Source of the DNA: Bdellovibrionota bacterium
GTDB lineage: Bacteria; Bdellovibrionota_C; UBA2361; OMII01
Reading direction: 5' to 3'
Assembly (NCBI GenBank): GCA_040398075.1
Contig: JBBAUR010000009.1
Location: 7,702-71,701 of the forward strand
Length of the DNA stretch: 64,000 bases
This document shows positions 8,924-18,576 of the stretch, piece by piece; the first letter of the stretch is position 1, and each line of letters begins with the position of its first letter. A program made the translations under genes and the position numbers. A model generated the notes under the pieces. That model was given only the letters and a program-made list of their open reading frames with translations, did no database searches and was not told the DNA's origin.

Positions 8924-9286
8924 TCATCCACACCCGTGCTCATTCACCGTTCCCTTCAACGACTCTTGAAAAGCCTTCTCTCTCGGACCATAGCTGAACA
9001 TGACGATCCGTGGTGCTCCGTCGATGGTCACCAAGCCCTCGACGAGGTGCTTCGGTCTCACCCGTAGTCCATTCCAAGTCACGCCCCGCTTGCGAATGAT
9101 GACTGCCGTGGTGTTGTGGCGTAGGTCCGTAAGCCCGACAGAGGAATACAGGCGCGGCTCGCCGTCGCTCGTCAACGTGTCGCCCGACGCGATGTCTCGT
9201 TGTCTTTCGTCCTCGATCTCTTCAGGCGACCGGTTGTACCAGATCCACGTTCCCCACGGGAGGACGACGGCTTCGTGTTCACTCAT
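8924..9286 (-). CDS. hypothetical protein
   Basis: 120-aa ORF behind a TGCAAA box at 9317-9322. Confidence 0.6.
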   Translation of the reverse strand: MSEHEAVVLPWGTWIWYNRSPEEIEDERQRDIASGDTLTSDGEPRLYSSVGLTDLRHNTTAVIIRKRGVTWNGLRVRPKHLVEGLVTIDGAPRIVMFSYGPREKAFQESLKGTVNEHGCG

Positions 9287-9398
9287 GACGTCAGCTGTGC
9301 CTCATTCGACTCGGGATTTGCACTGTGGGCCTCACCAGTCCGCGGCCGCTTCGAACTTCTTTCAGTCTTCGAATATTTCCCGAATACCCCGGGATCAT

Positions 9399-9560
9399 TC
9401 AGCAGTCCCTGTTGTAGCTAATGAAGGACAGGACGAGGGCCACCGTGGCAGACGCGAGGAAGACGCCTCGGGTGGGTCCGGCGACGTCGATCCCCTCGAG
9501 GGCCGCGGCGCTCAGGAACGAGAAACCAGAGACCAGGGAGTAGACGTGCCACGTCCTCAT
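9399..9560 (-). CDS. small two-TM membrane protein (paralog of 8688-8852)
   Basis: MRTWHVYSLVSGFSFL...GPTRGV...LVLSFISYN. Confidence 0.55.
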   Translation of the reverse strand: MRTWHVYSLVSGFSFLSAAALEGIDVAGPTRGVFLASATVALVLSFISYNRDC

Positions 9561-10390
9561 CGGAGGTCCCACGACACCATGGCCTCCTTGAGACTGAGGT
9601 CCAGTCCGACGGGGGCCGCGGCGGCCCGTCGAATCGCGGTGCGTGCCCTGTTGCGAAGTTCGTTGGCGAGGGCCGGATGACCGGCAGCCCAACACTTCCA
9701 ACCTTCCTCGTCGAGGGGACCGATGACGCCCGTCGGGGCGTCGGGGTCGAGGGTGCGGACGACTTCCCACATCTCACGGGCGACTGACTCGACTAGCTTG
9801 GAATCACGATCGATCATTGGACATCGGCCTTCCTCCCGGAGGTCCCGGGGACGACGAAATAAGTATTCGGTTCGTAGGGCAACACGCGGGCGGTCAGGAA
9901 CTTTGTGGGTCGTGGGGCGACGACGAGGGGAACGGCGCGTCCCATGACCTCGAGGGTCTGTTGAGACACGCCGTCGTCCCAGTCAGCGGCCGCCATGGAG
10001 TGGGCCGGCACTTCAGTCACCGATGGAGTGACAGCCGTCTTCCACGAAGAGGGTCACCTTTCCGTTCGGATCGCCAGGCTGGACCTCCTCCCTCCGGGCG
10101 GGCTTCCCGGGGAAGAGGGCGTTGAAGCGCATCTCCGCCCGGGCGGCGGCCTCCTCGAGGGGCTTGAGGCGCGAGTACAGCGGATGGAGTCGATATGTGA
10201 CGTACCAACCCGTGCGATCAGTCCAGTCGCTCTGGACCAGGGTGGTGCCGAAGTCCTCCACGATGAGGACGTCCGGATCGAGACCAGAGGACTTTGACTC
10301 CTCACGGAACAGCTTGACGATGGTGCCGAGGACGTCCAGGTAACGGGGACTGGTGGCTGCGTCCTTGACTCGAAAGGGCATCTTGATCAT
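9557..10390 (-). CDS. operon of three hypothetical proteins (9557-9817, 9814-10020, 10013-10390)
   Basis: Overlapping stop/start codons; TGCAAT-N17-TATCAT-N6-ATG at 10390. Confidence 0.55.
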
Positions 10391-10462
10391 GAATATATGA
10401 TATACCTTTTGAGGTGTAGATTGCACCGTTGAGGACATACGTAAGGAACGAGGAGTTCACAC

Positions 10463-10795
10463 ATGAGACTGACTACAAGACAGCTGAAGAGATTGATCGC
10501 CGAGGAAGCTAGAAAGGTCATCGAAGAAGAAGGCACCTTCGCAATACCCCTCGTGAAGATCACCGTTGGGAAAAAAAGCGCTTCAATTATGCCTGAAGAT
10601 ATCGAAAGCGTAATTGCCGTGATCAACAAAGCTAAAAGAACACCTTCTATAGATCAATTCATGGACGCAATGGAAACTTTGGGTTTTGATCTGCCGGGCC
10701 CAGAGACAATAAAGGGCGTAGCGCCTCAAGGCGCCGGTGGGCATGCCCCGCCCAGTGTGTCCGAGAGACGCATCAGGCGCCGCGGCCGTTATTGA
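10463..10795 (+). CDS. hypothetical protein with N-terminal LRRxIRE-type motif
   Basis: MRLTTRQLKRLIAEEA; ATACGTA and GAGGAG upstream. Confidence 0.7.
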   Translation: MRLTTRQLKRLIAEEARKVIEEEGTFAIPLVKITVGKKSASIMPEDIESVIAVINKAKRTPSIDQFMDAMETLGFDLPGPETIKGVAPQGAGGHAPPSVSERRIRRRGRY

Positions 10796-10961
10796 TAAGG
10801 ATACCCGATCGTCGGCGCCGGCAGGCGACAACCGACGACGGGATGGATCCTCCCATACGTGACGTGCCCCGTGCAGGGGTCACGACGTGGGACGTTGAAG
10901 CCGTTGTCGAACTCGGCGTAGCATCCGGAGAAGAGGAGAGCGAAGACGGCGACCCACGACC

Positions 10962-11786
10962 TCATCGCCCTCCTCCCGGATCGGCGCAGCAGCGGAAGCC
11001 CGTCTGGAGCTCGTGGAAGTGTTCGTCGTGGTCCACGGTGACGGGGCGACACCGGTTGCGGAGGTTGCCCCACCAGCCGCCCTTCAGCCCGCTCATCATC
11101 TTCCGCCCGCCGTTCTTGGCGGAGAAGTGGGGCCGATCGAGGACCACCCACTCGTCGATGTTGCCCACCAGGTTGCACACGCCCTCCGGGGTGGAGCAGG
11201 AGTGGAGCTCCGGGTCGTCCACCGGACGACGGTGGTCGCACAGGACGGCGCCGCAGGCCAGAGGCTTACCGATGTCGTGGTTGCACCACTCCGGTCGACG
11301 GGTCCACCCGTGCGGATAGGGGCGGCCGACCTCACCCTCGCAGGCGAAGGTCCACTCGTGTTCCCGACACAGGCGCATCCCTCGGGACTCGCACGTCGCC
11401 ACCGCTGTCGTCCAGGAAACGTCAGCGATCGGCATCCCATGGGGACCGGCGGCCTCCAGCCTGTCGATGCAGACGTCGACGCGGCGTCGGGCCCCGCGGC
11501 ATCGGGTCGGGGTGGCGAAGCGTCGACACCGGGCGTAGGGCAACTTCGAGTCGTCGATCCAGTCGACGCAGTCCTGCTCCGGAGCGAGGCACATCTCACC
11601 GGTCACCCTGACGGAACCAGATGGGCACACCGTGGGTCGTGGTGGGGGAGGCACCGGTTCCGGTGGTGGCGCCGGAGGTGGGCTGGGCGCCGATGTGCTA
11701 GCGATCGAGGGGGTCGGATCGGACGTACCACGCGGACAACCGACGACGAGGACGACGACGAACGGAACGATGGTCTTCGGGTTCAT
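10962..11786 (-). CDS. FGE-sulfatase (SUMF1)-domain lipoprotein
   Basis: Lipobox VVGC, Pro-rich linker, CIDRLE, RLCREHEWTFAC, YPHG, NLVGNIDEW, KGGWW, GFRCC. Confidence 0.85.
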   Translation of the reverse strand: MNPKTIVPFVVVLVVGCPRGTSDPTPSIASTSAPSPPPAPPPEPVPPPPRPTVCPSGSVRVTGEMCLAPEQDCVDWIDDSKLPYARCRRFATPTRCRGARRRVDVCIDRLEAAGPHGMPIADVSWTTAVATCESRGMRLCREHEWTFACEGEVGRPYPHGWTRRPEWCNHDIGKPLACGAVLCDHRRPVDDPELHSCSTPEGVCNLVGNIDEWVVLDRPHFSAKNGGRKMMSGLKGGWWGNLRNRCRPVTVDHDEHFHELQTGFRCCADPGGGR

Positions 11787-11799
11787 GACTCTTTCTCCT

Positions 11800-12084
11800 T
11801 CACATGGAACCGACGAGTTCGGCGAGGTCGACACCGGCGGCGCACAGGGGCATCCGCCAGGCCACGGAGCAGGTCCCACCGACGCAGACCGACTCCGGGC
11901 AGGACTCCCCCAGGACATCTCCCTTGCAGACGAAATGGAAGCACTTCCAGTCGCTCTTCGGTGGACAGTCGGCGGACGACTCGCAGGGAAAGGGGTCGTC
12001 CGGGGCGGGGTGGGGAAGGTCCCGCCCGGAACACGAGGCGACACAAAACGAGAAGAGGACCGCTGCGGTGAGGCGTGGCGTCAT
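11800..12084 (-). CDS. Cys-rich lipoprotein
   Basis: Signal peptide with ASC, CESSADC... Cys array; leaderless promoter at 12091-12119. Confidence 0.6.
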   Translation of the reverse strand: MTPRLTAAVLFSFCVASCSGRDLPHPAPDDPFPCESSADCPPKSDWKCFHFVCKGDVLGESCPESVCVGGTCSVAWRMPLCAAGVDLAELVGSM

Positions 12085-12393
12085 GAGCCAACCTTACCAC
12101 AGGGTACCCGGGCTTTGCACCGCAGGCCATTTCGTCTTTCAACGACAGGATCACGTGAGAGAGTCGGCAAGCGTCGCTTCTCCGGAGAAGTAACAGGGGG
12201 ACGAGGGGCGGCAGGGTGCCGCCCCACCAGGTCCCGTCGACCCAGGCCGGCCGGCCGTCCGACAGGAGGACCCGGACCCACAGGCCCTCGACGTAGAGGA
12301 CGAGGACCACCTGCCCCTGACCCACCACCTCCCCACCGGGGGCGCCGGTCCGGACCCCGACGTGGGAGACCGTGGTCCACAGGGACCCAGGCC

Positions 12394-12672
12394 TCACCGT
12401 CGGTCCCACTCCGGGGCGGCCCCCAGGGCCAGCCATCCGGCCACGGTCCGGTCGGGCTCGGCGGGGTCCCCGTGGCCGTAGGGGACGGCGTTGGTGGACC
12501 ACCCCGGCGGCAGCCGGCGAAAGGGCCCGGCGACGACGGGGGCGTCGTCCAGGAGGTCTCGGGCGTGGCCGTGGTCCTCCAGGACCTCCCGGGCGGCCCG
12601 ATGGGCCCCGTTGGGGTCGTCGGCGAGGACGACGAAGCTGAGGGTGACGTCGACGTTGTAGAGTTTCTTCAT
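12394..12672 (-). CDS. hypothetical protein
   Basis: ATACTTA-N6-ATG start. Confidence 0.55.
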   Translation of the reverse strand: MKKLYNVDVTLSFVVLADDPNGAHRAAREVLEDHGHARDLLDDAPVVAGPFRRLPPGWSTNAVPYGHGDPAEPDRTVAGWLALGAAPEWDRR

Positions 12673-12677
12673 CGACC

Positions 12678-13529
12678 CTAAGTATGGGGGACGAGCCACA
12701 CCGTGGGGACCCACAGGGCCACGTCACCCCACAGGACCTGGGACAAGGGGAAGCCCCCGTCCCAACGGGACCGGGAGACGAGAACGACCCCGGGGCATCG
12801 GGGCACGGGGACGGCCGAGGTCCCCCGTTCCACGTCGGGGTCGACCCGAAAGCCGTAACTGTCCGCCTCCACTCCCACGAGGTCCCCGGGGCTCACCGGT
12901 CCTCCAGGGGGAGGAGCTGCTGCCGGAGGACCCAGCAGACGGTCCCCCGAAAGAGGACCCGGAGGCGCATCGTGTCGGACTCCCAGGGCCCGAGGAGGAG
13001 GACGACGGCCCCGCGGGGCAGGGAGCCGATGGGCTCCCAGCGGATGTCGGTCAGGAGGGCGGAGCCCTCCCGGGCGACGCACATGGCCATCACAGGGCCA
13101 CCGCCCGGACCCAGTCGGTCGGCACCCATCCGACCCGCCGACCGAAGAGGACCCGAGACCAACCGCCGCCCTCCTCCAGCAGGAGGCCGACGTCGTCCAC
13201 GTCGACGTCCCAGTCGTCCCGACGGGCGTCGGAGGGTCGGCGCCAGACGCCGACACGGCGGGCGGCCCCGAAGCGCAGGCGGACGAGGCGGCTCACGGGT
13301 CGGCGCTCCGGACCCAACCGAGGGGCAGCCAGCCCACCACACCGCCGATGACGACGCGGCCCCACGTGGTCCCCGGGGAGCCGCCGCGGACCCCCTCCAG
13401 GAGGAGGCCCACCTCGCCCGCCGCAGGCGTGGCGGCCTCGTCCAGCCGCCGCCAGTCCCGCCACACCTCCACGGGTCGACTGACCCACCGCTCCAGGCGC
13501 ACCACGTCCCCAGGCTCCATCCTCTTCAT
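12678..13529 (-). CDS. operon of four small SH3-like beta-barrel proteins (12678-12896, 12893-13090, 13090-13296, 13293-13529)
   Basis: Each 65-78 aa with PGD.V, G(V/L)(V/L)L and RVL.G..(G)WV patterns; translationally coupled; TGAAAA-N17-TACCAT promoter. Confidence 0.55.
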
Positions 13530-13576
13530 GGGACCGATGGTACACCGGCCGCCGGCGGCTTTTCAACCGGCCCTCC

Positions 13577-13858
13577 TCAGCGCAGCCTGACCTTCTTCTC
13601 GTGCCGGGTGACCTTGGTCAGGGCATCCAGGACGTCGTGCCGCCGGACGACCGGCACCGCGTCGATGATGGCCTCGATGACGTGGGCCAGCTCGGTGGCG
13701 CTGTCCACCTGGGACAGGGCCTGCAGGACGCCGGGGGCGTCGTGCATCTTACGGAGGACGTCGGCCCCGGCGACGGTCCTCTCGTGGGGGGCCCTGAGGT
13801 TCTTGAGGTCCTCCTGGAGGAGGAGGCGGACGTAACGCCTTAGTTCTTCTTGGACCAT
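13577..13858 (-). CDS. hypothetical protein with N-terminal LRRxIRE-type motif
   Basis: MVQEELRRYVRLLLQE. Confidence 0.6.
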   Translation of the reverse strand: MVQEELRRYVRLLLQEDLKNLRAPHERTVAGADVLRKMHDAPGVLQALSQVDSATELAHVIEAIIDAVPVVRRHDVLDALTKVTRHEKKVRLR

Positions 13859-13911
13859 ACAGGTACATAGGCCGCCCCGTCGAAAAAGCCTCTCGGGGGC
13901 AGGGCCACGCG

Positions 13912-14658
13912 TCATCGGCTTCCGAAGCCCGTCCCCATGTCGGGACCGACGCCTCGCAGGGCGCCGGTCAGGACCTTGAGGGCCCCGTTGAACGTCCCGC
14001 GGAATTCTTTGACGGCCCGGACCGCCGGCGCCGGGGCGTCCCGCCCCAGCTCGACGCCCTCGACGCGGAGCCGTTCGATGGCTCCCCTGACCCCCTTCGC
14101 GATGCCGCTCTTCGGATTGACCTCGCTGGTCTGCATCTCTTTCAAGAACGCTTCGTACCCGTTCCGCGCGTCCCTGTCCTCCAGGTCGACGTTGTAAGTC
14201 TCCTCGACCGCCGCGTCGATGGCCCGCCTCATGTCTGCGCTGTAGGTGCGAGACCACAGTTCCCGGCCGGCGGCGTAGAACGCCGCCAGGGTGTTCAAGG
14301 CGGGAAACATCATCCCGAAGTCGTTGGCGTCGCCCCTCATCTCCAGGAGGACCATCCTGACGTAACGCCTGACGACGCTCTCGTTCGTCTCCTTCGCGGC
14401 CGCGATCTCTTTCTTCCCCCAGGCCTCGTGGAGGACCCTGGCCGCCTTCACGAAGCCCTCGAAACCGCCGTCGTGGAGGTCCTTCATGAAGGCGTGCAGC
14501 ATGGCCTGGGCCCCCTCGTCGCCGGTGTTGGTCTGCTGGATCGGGTTGGTCGCCGCCCCGCCGATCGAATCGAGCGAATCGATGCCCCTGTCTTCTCGCA
14601 GGGCCCTCCGCGCCTCCTCGGCGAGGAGCCTGCGCAACTGTCTCTGGGTCAGTCTCAT
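13912..14658 (-). CDS. hypothetical protein with N-terminal and internal LRRxIRE-type motifs
   Basis: MRLTQRQLRRLLAEEA; internal NESVVRRYVRMVLLE. Confidence 0.7.
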   Translation of the reverse strand: MRLTQRQLRRLLAEEARRALREDRGIDSLDSIGGAATNPIQQTNTGDEGAQAMLHAFMKDLHDGGFEGFVKAARVLHEAWGKKEIAAAKETNESVVRRYVRMVLLEMRGDANDFGMMFPALNTLAAFYAAGRELWSRTYSADMRRAIDAAVEETYNVDLEDRDARNGYEAFLKEMQTSEVNPKSGIAKGVRGAIERLRVEGVELGRDAPAPAVRAVKEFRGTFNGALKVLTGALRGVGPDMGTGFGSR

Positions 14659-14714
14659 GTCACGTGTTTTCCCTTCGTGGGGATATATACCGTCCCACGA
14701 GGAAAACGACGCGT

Positions 14715-14850
14715 CAGGATTCCACGGGAAAAAACTTCCCGGAAATTCCTGGAAAGTGTTCCCTGAAATTCCGGGGGAGCGTTCCCGGAAACGGTTCCCG
14801 GGAATTCCTGATGGGTCGGTGAATTCTGAAAAAGCTTCCCGGAAATTCTT
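14715..14850. repeat. cluster of palindromic TTCCNGGAA-like sites
   Basis: Copies at ~14736, 14746, 14759, 14782, 14795 and 14836 in non-coding DNA. Confidence 0.6.
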
Positions 14851-15025
14851 GAGGGCGCTAAGCGCCGGCCGCTCCCAGGAAGCTCCAAACATAATGCCAG
14901 GGGGCCGGGGGGCTGGGGCCCCTTTTTGCCCCTTTTAGGGGGCCCTTTTTGGTCTTTCCAAGGGGGCCCCCTGGGGATCTCTGAGACCTCGGTGAGGGGG
15001 CCCTTTTGGGGCCCCACCCCTTCTG

Positions 15026-15658
15026 TCACTCCCCCTTCTGGGCCAGCCCCCGGCGCTCGATGGCGACCAGCTCCACCTCCACCTCCTCCAGGGAGGTCCG
15101 TGCCCTTCGAGCAGCAGAGGACAGCCACTCCTCGGTGGGACCTGCGCCGGCTCCTAGTCGCTCCAGCCAGTGGCGGACGGAGTACAGGTCCCGGCGCAGG
15201 CAGACCAGGGCTTCTCGTCGGGCGTCAGCGTTCATCGTTGGACCTCCCTGGCATCAGCTGGCTGGGCACACGCTTGTCCACACGGAGGTGGGCGACCAAC
15301 ACCTCCTGACGGGTGTGCCAGTCGAGGCGCGGCAGGTCGTAGTCGTGGTCGTAGCCGCAGGTGGGACAGATCTCATAGACCCGTGGGAAGTCCGGTGGAC
15401 GGGAGGAGCTCATCGGCCCGTCCCCGCCGCGTACTCCAGGAGTCCCTCCACGTCCTCCGCGCTGATCCGCGCAGCCTGACGGGCCGACTCCACGGCCGTC
15501 TGCAGACCGGTCAGGTCGTCGTCCACGGCACCGCTTGCGTTCCACTCCACCGTCCCCAGGTCGTAGAGGATATCGGCCGCCTCCACCAGCATCCGGTGGA
15601 CCCGTCGCAGGTTGTGAGCCTTGACGGCGTAGAACTGTTCCGCTGAACCATCCTTCAT
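15026..15658 (-). CDS. three small hypothetical proteins (15026-15235, 15225-15413, 15410-15658)
   Basis: Coupled ORFs; the middle one has CxxC. Confidence 0.5.
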
Positions 15659-15732
15659 GACACCACGTCCCTTCTCGTTTAATCGGGAATATTCGTCTTC
15701 AAGGTAAGGTGGCCGGTTTATCGGATTAAGTC

Positions 15733-15814
15733 TGGGCGCCGTCGGAGGGGATCGAACCCACGTGTATCCAGCTACCCTTTCGACGGTTTAGGAAACCGAG
15801 GGGATACGACGGCG
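15733..15814 (-). tRNA. atypical tRNA-Arg(CCT)-like RNA lacking a canonical D-arm
   Basis: CGCCGTCG/CGACGGCG acceptor plus CCA, CGGT-TTCCTAA-ACCG anticodon arm, GGGTTCGATCCC T-arm; abuts the CCA of tRNA-Tyr. Confidence 0.75.
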
Positions 15815-15899
15815 TGGTGGAGGGTGTCCGATTCGAACGGACGTAGGCTGTGCCGACAGATTTACAGTCTGCTCCCTTTGACCTCTCGGGCAACCCTCC
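15815..15899 (-). tRNA. tRNA-Tyr(GTA)
   Basis: GGAGGGT acceptor, GCAGA-CTGTAAA-TCTGT, variable arm, encoded ACCA. Confidence 0.93.
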
Positions 15900-15950
15900 A
15901 GGCGACGGACCATCCTACCCGGACCGGTCCGTCTCGTATACTGTCAATCG

Positions 15951-16023
15951 AGCTGACAGGGGGACTCGAACCCCCGACCGCCGGTTTACAAAACCGGTGC
16001 TCTACCGACTGAGCTAGGTCAGC
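15951..16023 (-). tRNA. tRNA-Thr(TGT)
   Basis: GCTGACC acceptor, canonical D-arm, CCGGT-TTTGTAA-ACCGG. Confidence 0.93.
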
Positions 16024-16024
16024 T

Positions 16025-16102
16025 TGGTGCCCGCCGCGGGATTCGAACCCGCACTAGAACGAGTTTTAAGTTCGCCGCCTCTGCCTGTTGGGCCACGCGG
16101 GC
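16025..16102 (-). tRNA. tRNA-Leu(TAA) with short variable region
   Basis: GCCCGC acceptor, GCGAA-CTTAAAA-CTCGT, GGTTCGAATCC, ACCA. Confidence 0.85.
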
Positions 16103-16141
16103 AGGTGGTCGGCGCCCACTCACGGGCGCCGACCAAGGCGG

Positions 16142-16441
16142 TCAGCCGACGTCGATGGTGCCGTCCACCACGAAGGCGAAGGGCGCCCGGGCGTCGCTGC
16201 GCCGGTTGATGTCGTAGGCGCAGCGGTATGCGTCGCGACGGTTGCTGAAGGTGTGGGCCTCCGCCAGGCTGCTCCACATGTCGGTGGCTCGACCCGTGTA
16301 GACGGGGCGGTTGAGGTACCGACGGCCGTCGCGGTTGGCCACCACGTAGACGGGAGCCCGGGCGGCGAAGATGCTGAAGGCGGTGCGCGGGCTGGGGGCG
16401 GCGTTCGAGGCGATGGTCTTGACGTTGTTGTTCTTGCGCAT
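16142..16441 (-). CDS. hypothetical protein within the tRNA cluster
   Basis: 99-aa ORF with high-GC3 codon usage. Confidence 0.6.
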   Translation of the reverse strand: MRKNNNVKTIASNAAPSPRTAFSIFAARAPVYVVANRDGRRYLNRPVYTGRATDMWSSLAEAHTFSNRRDAYRCAYDINRRSDARAPFAFVVDGTIDVG

Positions 16442-16489
16442 GTGTTGTACCGTTCTTTCCTTCGAGTGACGTTGGGGTTTGAGGGTCTG

Positions 16490-16563
16490 CGCGCCCGGCC
16501 CGATTCGAACGGGCGACCTGGGGATTAGAAGTCCTCTGCTCTATCCATCTGAGCTACGGGCGC
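16490..16563 (-). tRNA. tRNA-Arg(TCT)
   Basis: GCGCCCG acceptor, GCTCAGATGGATAGAGC D-arm, GAGGA-CTTCTAA-TCCCC. Confidence 0.93.
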
Positions 16564-16583
16564 AGGTTGGGGGCGTGGTGTCG

Positions 16584-17420
16584 TCACGCCCCCGGGGGAT
16601 CTAACTGGGCGGCCTCCGCGGTGTCAGCGGCGAGGGGGGCGACGTCGGCGCGGTAGAGGTAGAGGGGCTTCGCGACGCCGTCCACCTTCACCTGGACCCG
16701 CAGCTTGTTGACCACCACCAGGGTGCCGACCGCGCCGACGTGCTTCGCCGCACCGCCGACGACCGTCACCGTGTCGCCCACCGCCATCGCGGCGCCGGTG
16801 GCCACCGAGCGCACCGTACGCTCCGTCCGGGCGTGGACCATCAGATGCTGGGCCAGGGCCTCCAGCTGGGCCGCCGTGAACTTGGTGGTCAGGTCGACGA
16901 CGGCCGCGGTGGTGGGACCGTCCAGGGCCGGCAGCTTGCTGCGGGCGTTCTCCACCTTGCGGAGGTGGGCCACCCGCTTCGCGTCGGCACGCTTTGCGGC
17001 GATCTCCGCCAGCTTGGCGGCCTTCGCGGCCGCACGCTCCTCGGCGCGCTGGGCCTTCTTGGCCGCCGCCTCCGCCTTCGCCGCCTCCAGCTTCGCGGCG
17101 GTCTCGGCAGCCTTGGCCGCCTTGGCGTTGAGGCGCTCGACGCGCTCGGCGTCGCGCTTCGTCCGGGCGGCCTCGCGGGCCGCGTCGGCGGCCTTGGGCT
17201 TCGCCTTCGCACGGGGATCCACGTCGTTGAGGTTGTCGAGGATCTCGGCCTTCATCACCTTGAGCTGCTTGGTCTTCGACATCTTCGGCTCCGCCGCGGC
17301 GATCTCCGTGTACATCGCGTCGCGGGCGGCCTTGCGGGCCTTCGCGGCCGCCAGTGCGCGGTCGATGGCGCTCATGGTGGTGTTGGCGTTGTTGGTGGCG
17401 TTCGTCGTGGCAGCGGTCAT
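16584..17420 (-). CDS. Ala/Lys-rich helical protein with C-terminal KOW-like motif
   Basis: AAK repeats; VGDTVTVVGG..KHVGAVGTLV; TGCAAA-N17-TAAGAT promoter. Confidence 0.75.
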   Translation of the reverse strand: MTAATTNATNNANTTMSAIDRALAAAKARKAARDAMYTEIAAAEPKMSKTKQLKVMKAEILDNLNDVDPRAKAKPKAADAAREAARTKRDAERVERLNAKAAKAAETAAKLEAAKAEAAAKKAQRAEERAAAKAAKLAEIAAKRADAKRVAHLRKVENARSKLPALDGPTTAAVVDLTTKFTAAQLEALAQHLMVHARTERTVRSVATGAAMAVGDTVTVVGGAAKHVGAVGTLVVVNKLRVQVKVDGVAKPLYLYRADVAPLAADTAEAAQLDPPGA

Positions 17421-17601
17421 GTGAACCTCTCCGGTTCGAGCGTCGGCACCTCGCCGACCTCGTGAAACCATCTTACCCCATCTTGTACCGGCTTTGCACC
17501 GAGTCGCAAACTTTTTTTCGCAATCGATTCTGAGTGGTTAAACCACAATGATCACAATCGTTTGGATTAATGCTGATTAATCGTCCTCATTTGCATAATG
17601 G

Positions 17602-18173
17602 TCATTTGTTCTGGTTATTCCTGAAGCGAAAGAAGAGTCCCAGGGTCAATCCTACGGAGGCAAGGCTGGCTCCAATGACTGGATGGCCGTCGAGTACGCT
17701 GAAGATACCGACGGCGATCAGCATCGGCGGGAGCAGCTTCGAAGACAGGACGTCGGCCGGGGTCATGACGTAGGCCATCATGGAGGCCGTCCACAGATAG
17801 AAGAGGTATTGCATCGTTCAGTTCTTCCAGGGTTCGATGATGACTGAGAGGAGGAGGGAACAGCCCAGCAGGAGTCGGGCGCAGTCCCAGACGAACGTCA
17901 TCTTCTCAAGGGTCACGACTCCTCCTCGGGGGCGGAACCCTCCTTGACGCCCTTGACGTAGAAACCGACGATGAATGAAGCAACGACGGCGGCGTCGACC
18001 AAGGACAACGAAGGATCAGTCCTCGCCTGGCGCATGGAGAGGAAGCTGCTGCCCGCGAAGAGCAGGGGCAGGAAGTAGTGACGGGCACCAGCACCTCGAG
18101 GCAGCATTCGGGTGGAGACGACGAGGACGCATATCGACAGGAAGATCTCAACTACGGTCATTGACGACCTCAC
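17602..18173 (-). CDS. small membrane proteins (17602-17814, 17913-18173)
   Basis: Several hydrophobic helices; start codons uncertain. Confidence 0.4.
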
Positions 18174-18221
18174 GTACGACGAGGACCAGGATTAGAAGAA
18201 CGAAGACGACCTCAAACAGAA

Positions 18222-18428
18222 TCAAGTCATGATCTCCCAGCCGTCCTGTCCTGGAACCAACCACCTCTCTGATCCGTCGTCCCACTTGACGACGACGATG
18301 CCGTGAGGCAGCACCTCGGTCACCGTTCCCGTCTCGCCTGGAAGCACTTGCTCGTGGAGGTGCAGACAGAAGAGGGCACGAATCCTGTCACCGGGAACGA
18401 CACGAGGGCTCTTGTCTTCGGTCGTCAT
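18222..18428 (-). CDS. DUF4314-like small SH3-fold protein
   Basis: PGDRI...PGETGTVTEV...IVVKWDDGS..LVPG.D. Confidence 0.65.
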   Translation of the reverse strand: MTTEDKSPRVVPGDRIRALFCLHLHEQVLPGETGTVTEVLPHGIVVVKWDDGSERWLVPGQDGWEIMT

Positions 18429-18576
18429 TGTTCCTCCTGCATCCGTCGACGGGCGTCCTTGGGTCGCCGAAGCCGACGGTCGCGCATGGGACCACCCTTG
18501 CGGGTCCGTCCCATCGCGTACGCAACGATGCTCCTCGTCTTCTTCGGCTTCTTCGGCTTCTTCATGACTCACTCCT

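Noticed and set aside
11013-17465. Long plus-strand Arg/Gly/Pro-rich ORFs (e.g. 11013-12071, 11632-12681, 12684-13835, 16705-17424)
   Set aside because: Antisense shadows of real high-GC minus-strand genes; no SD or promoter, and biased composition.
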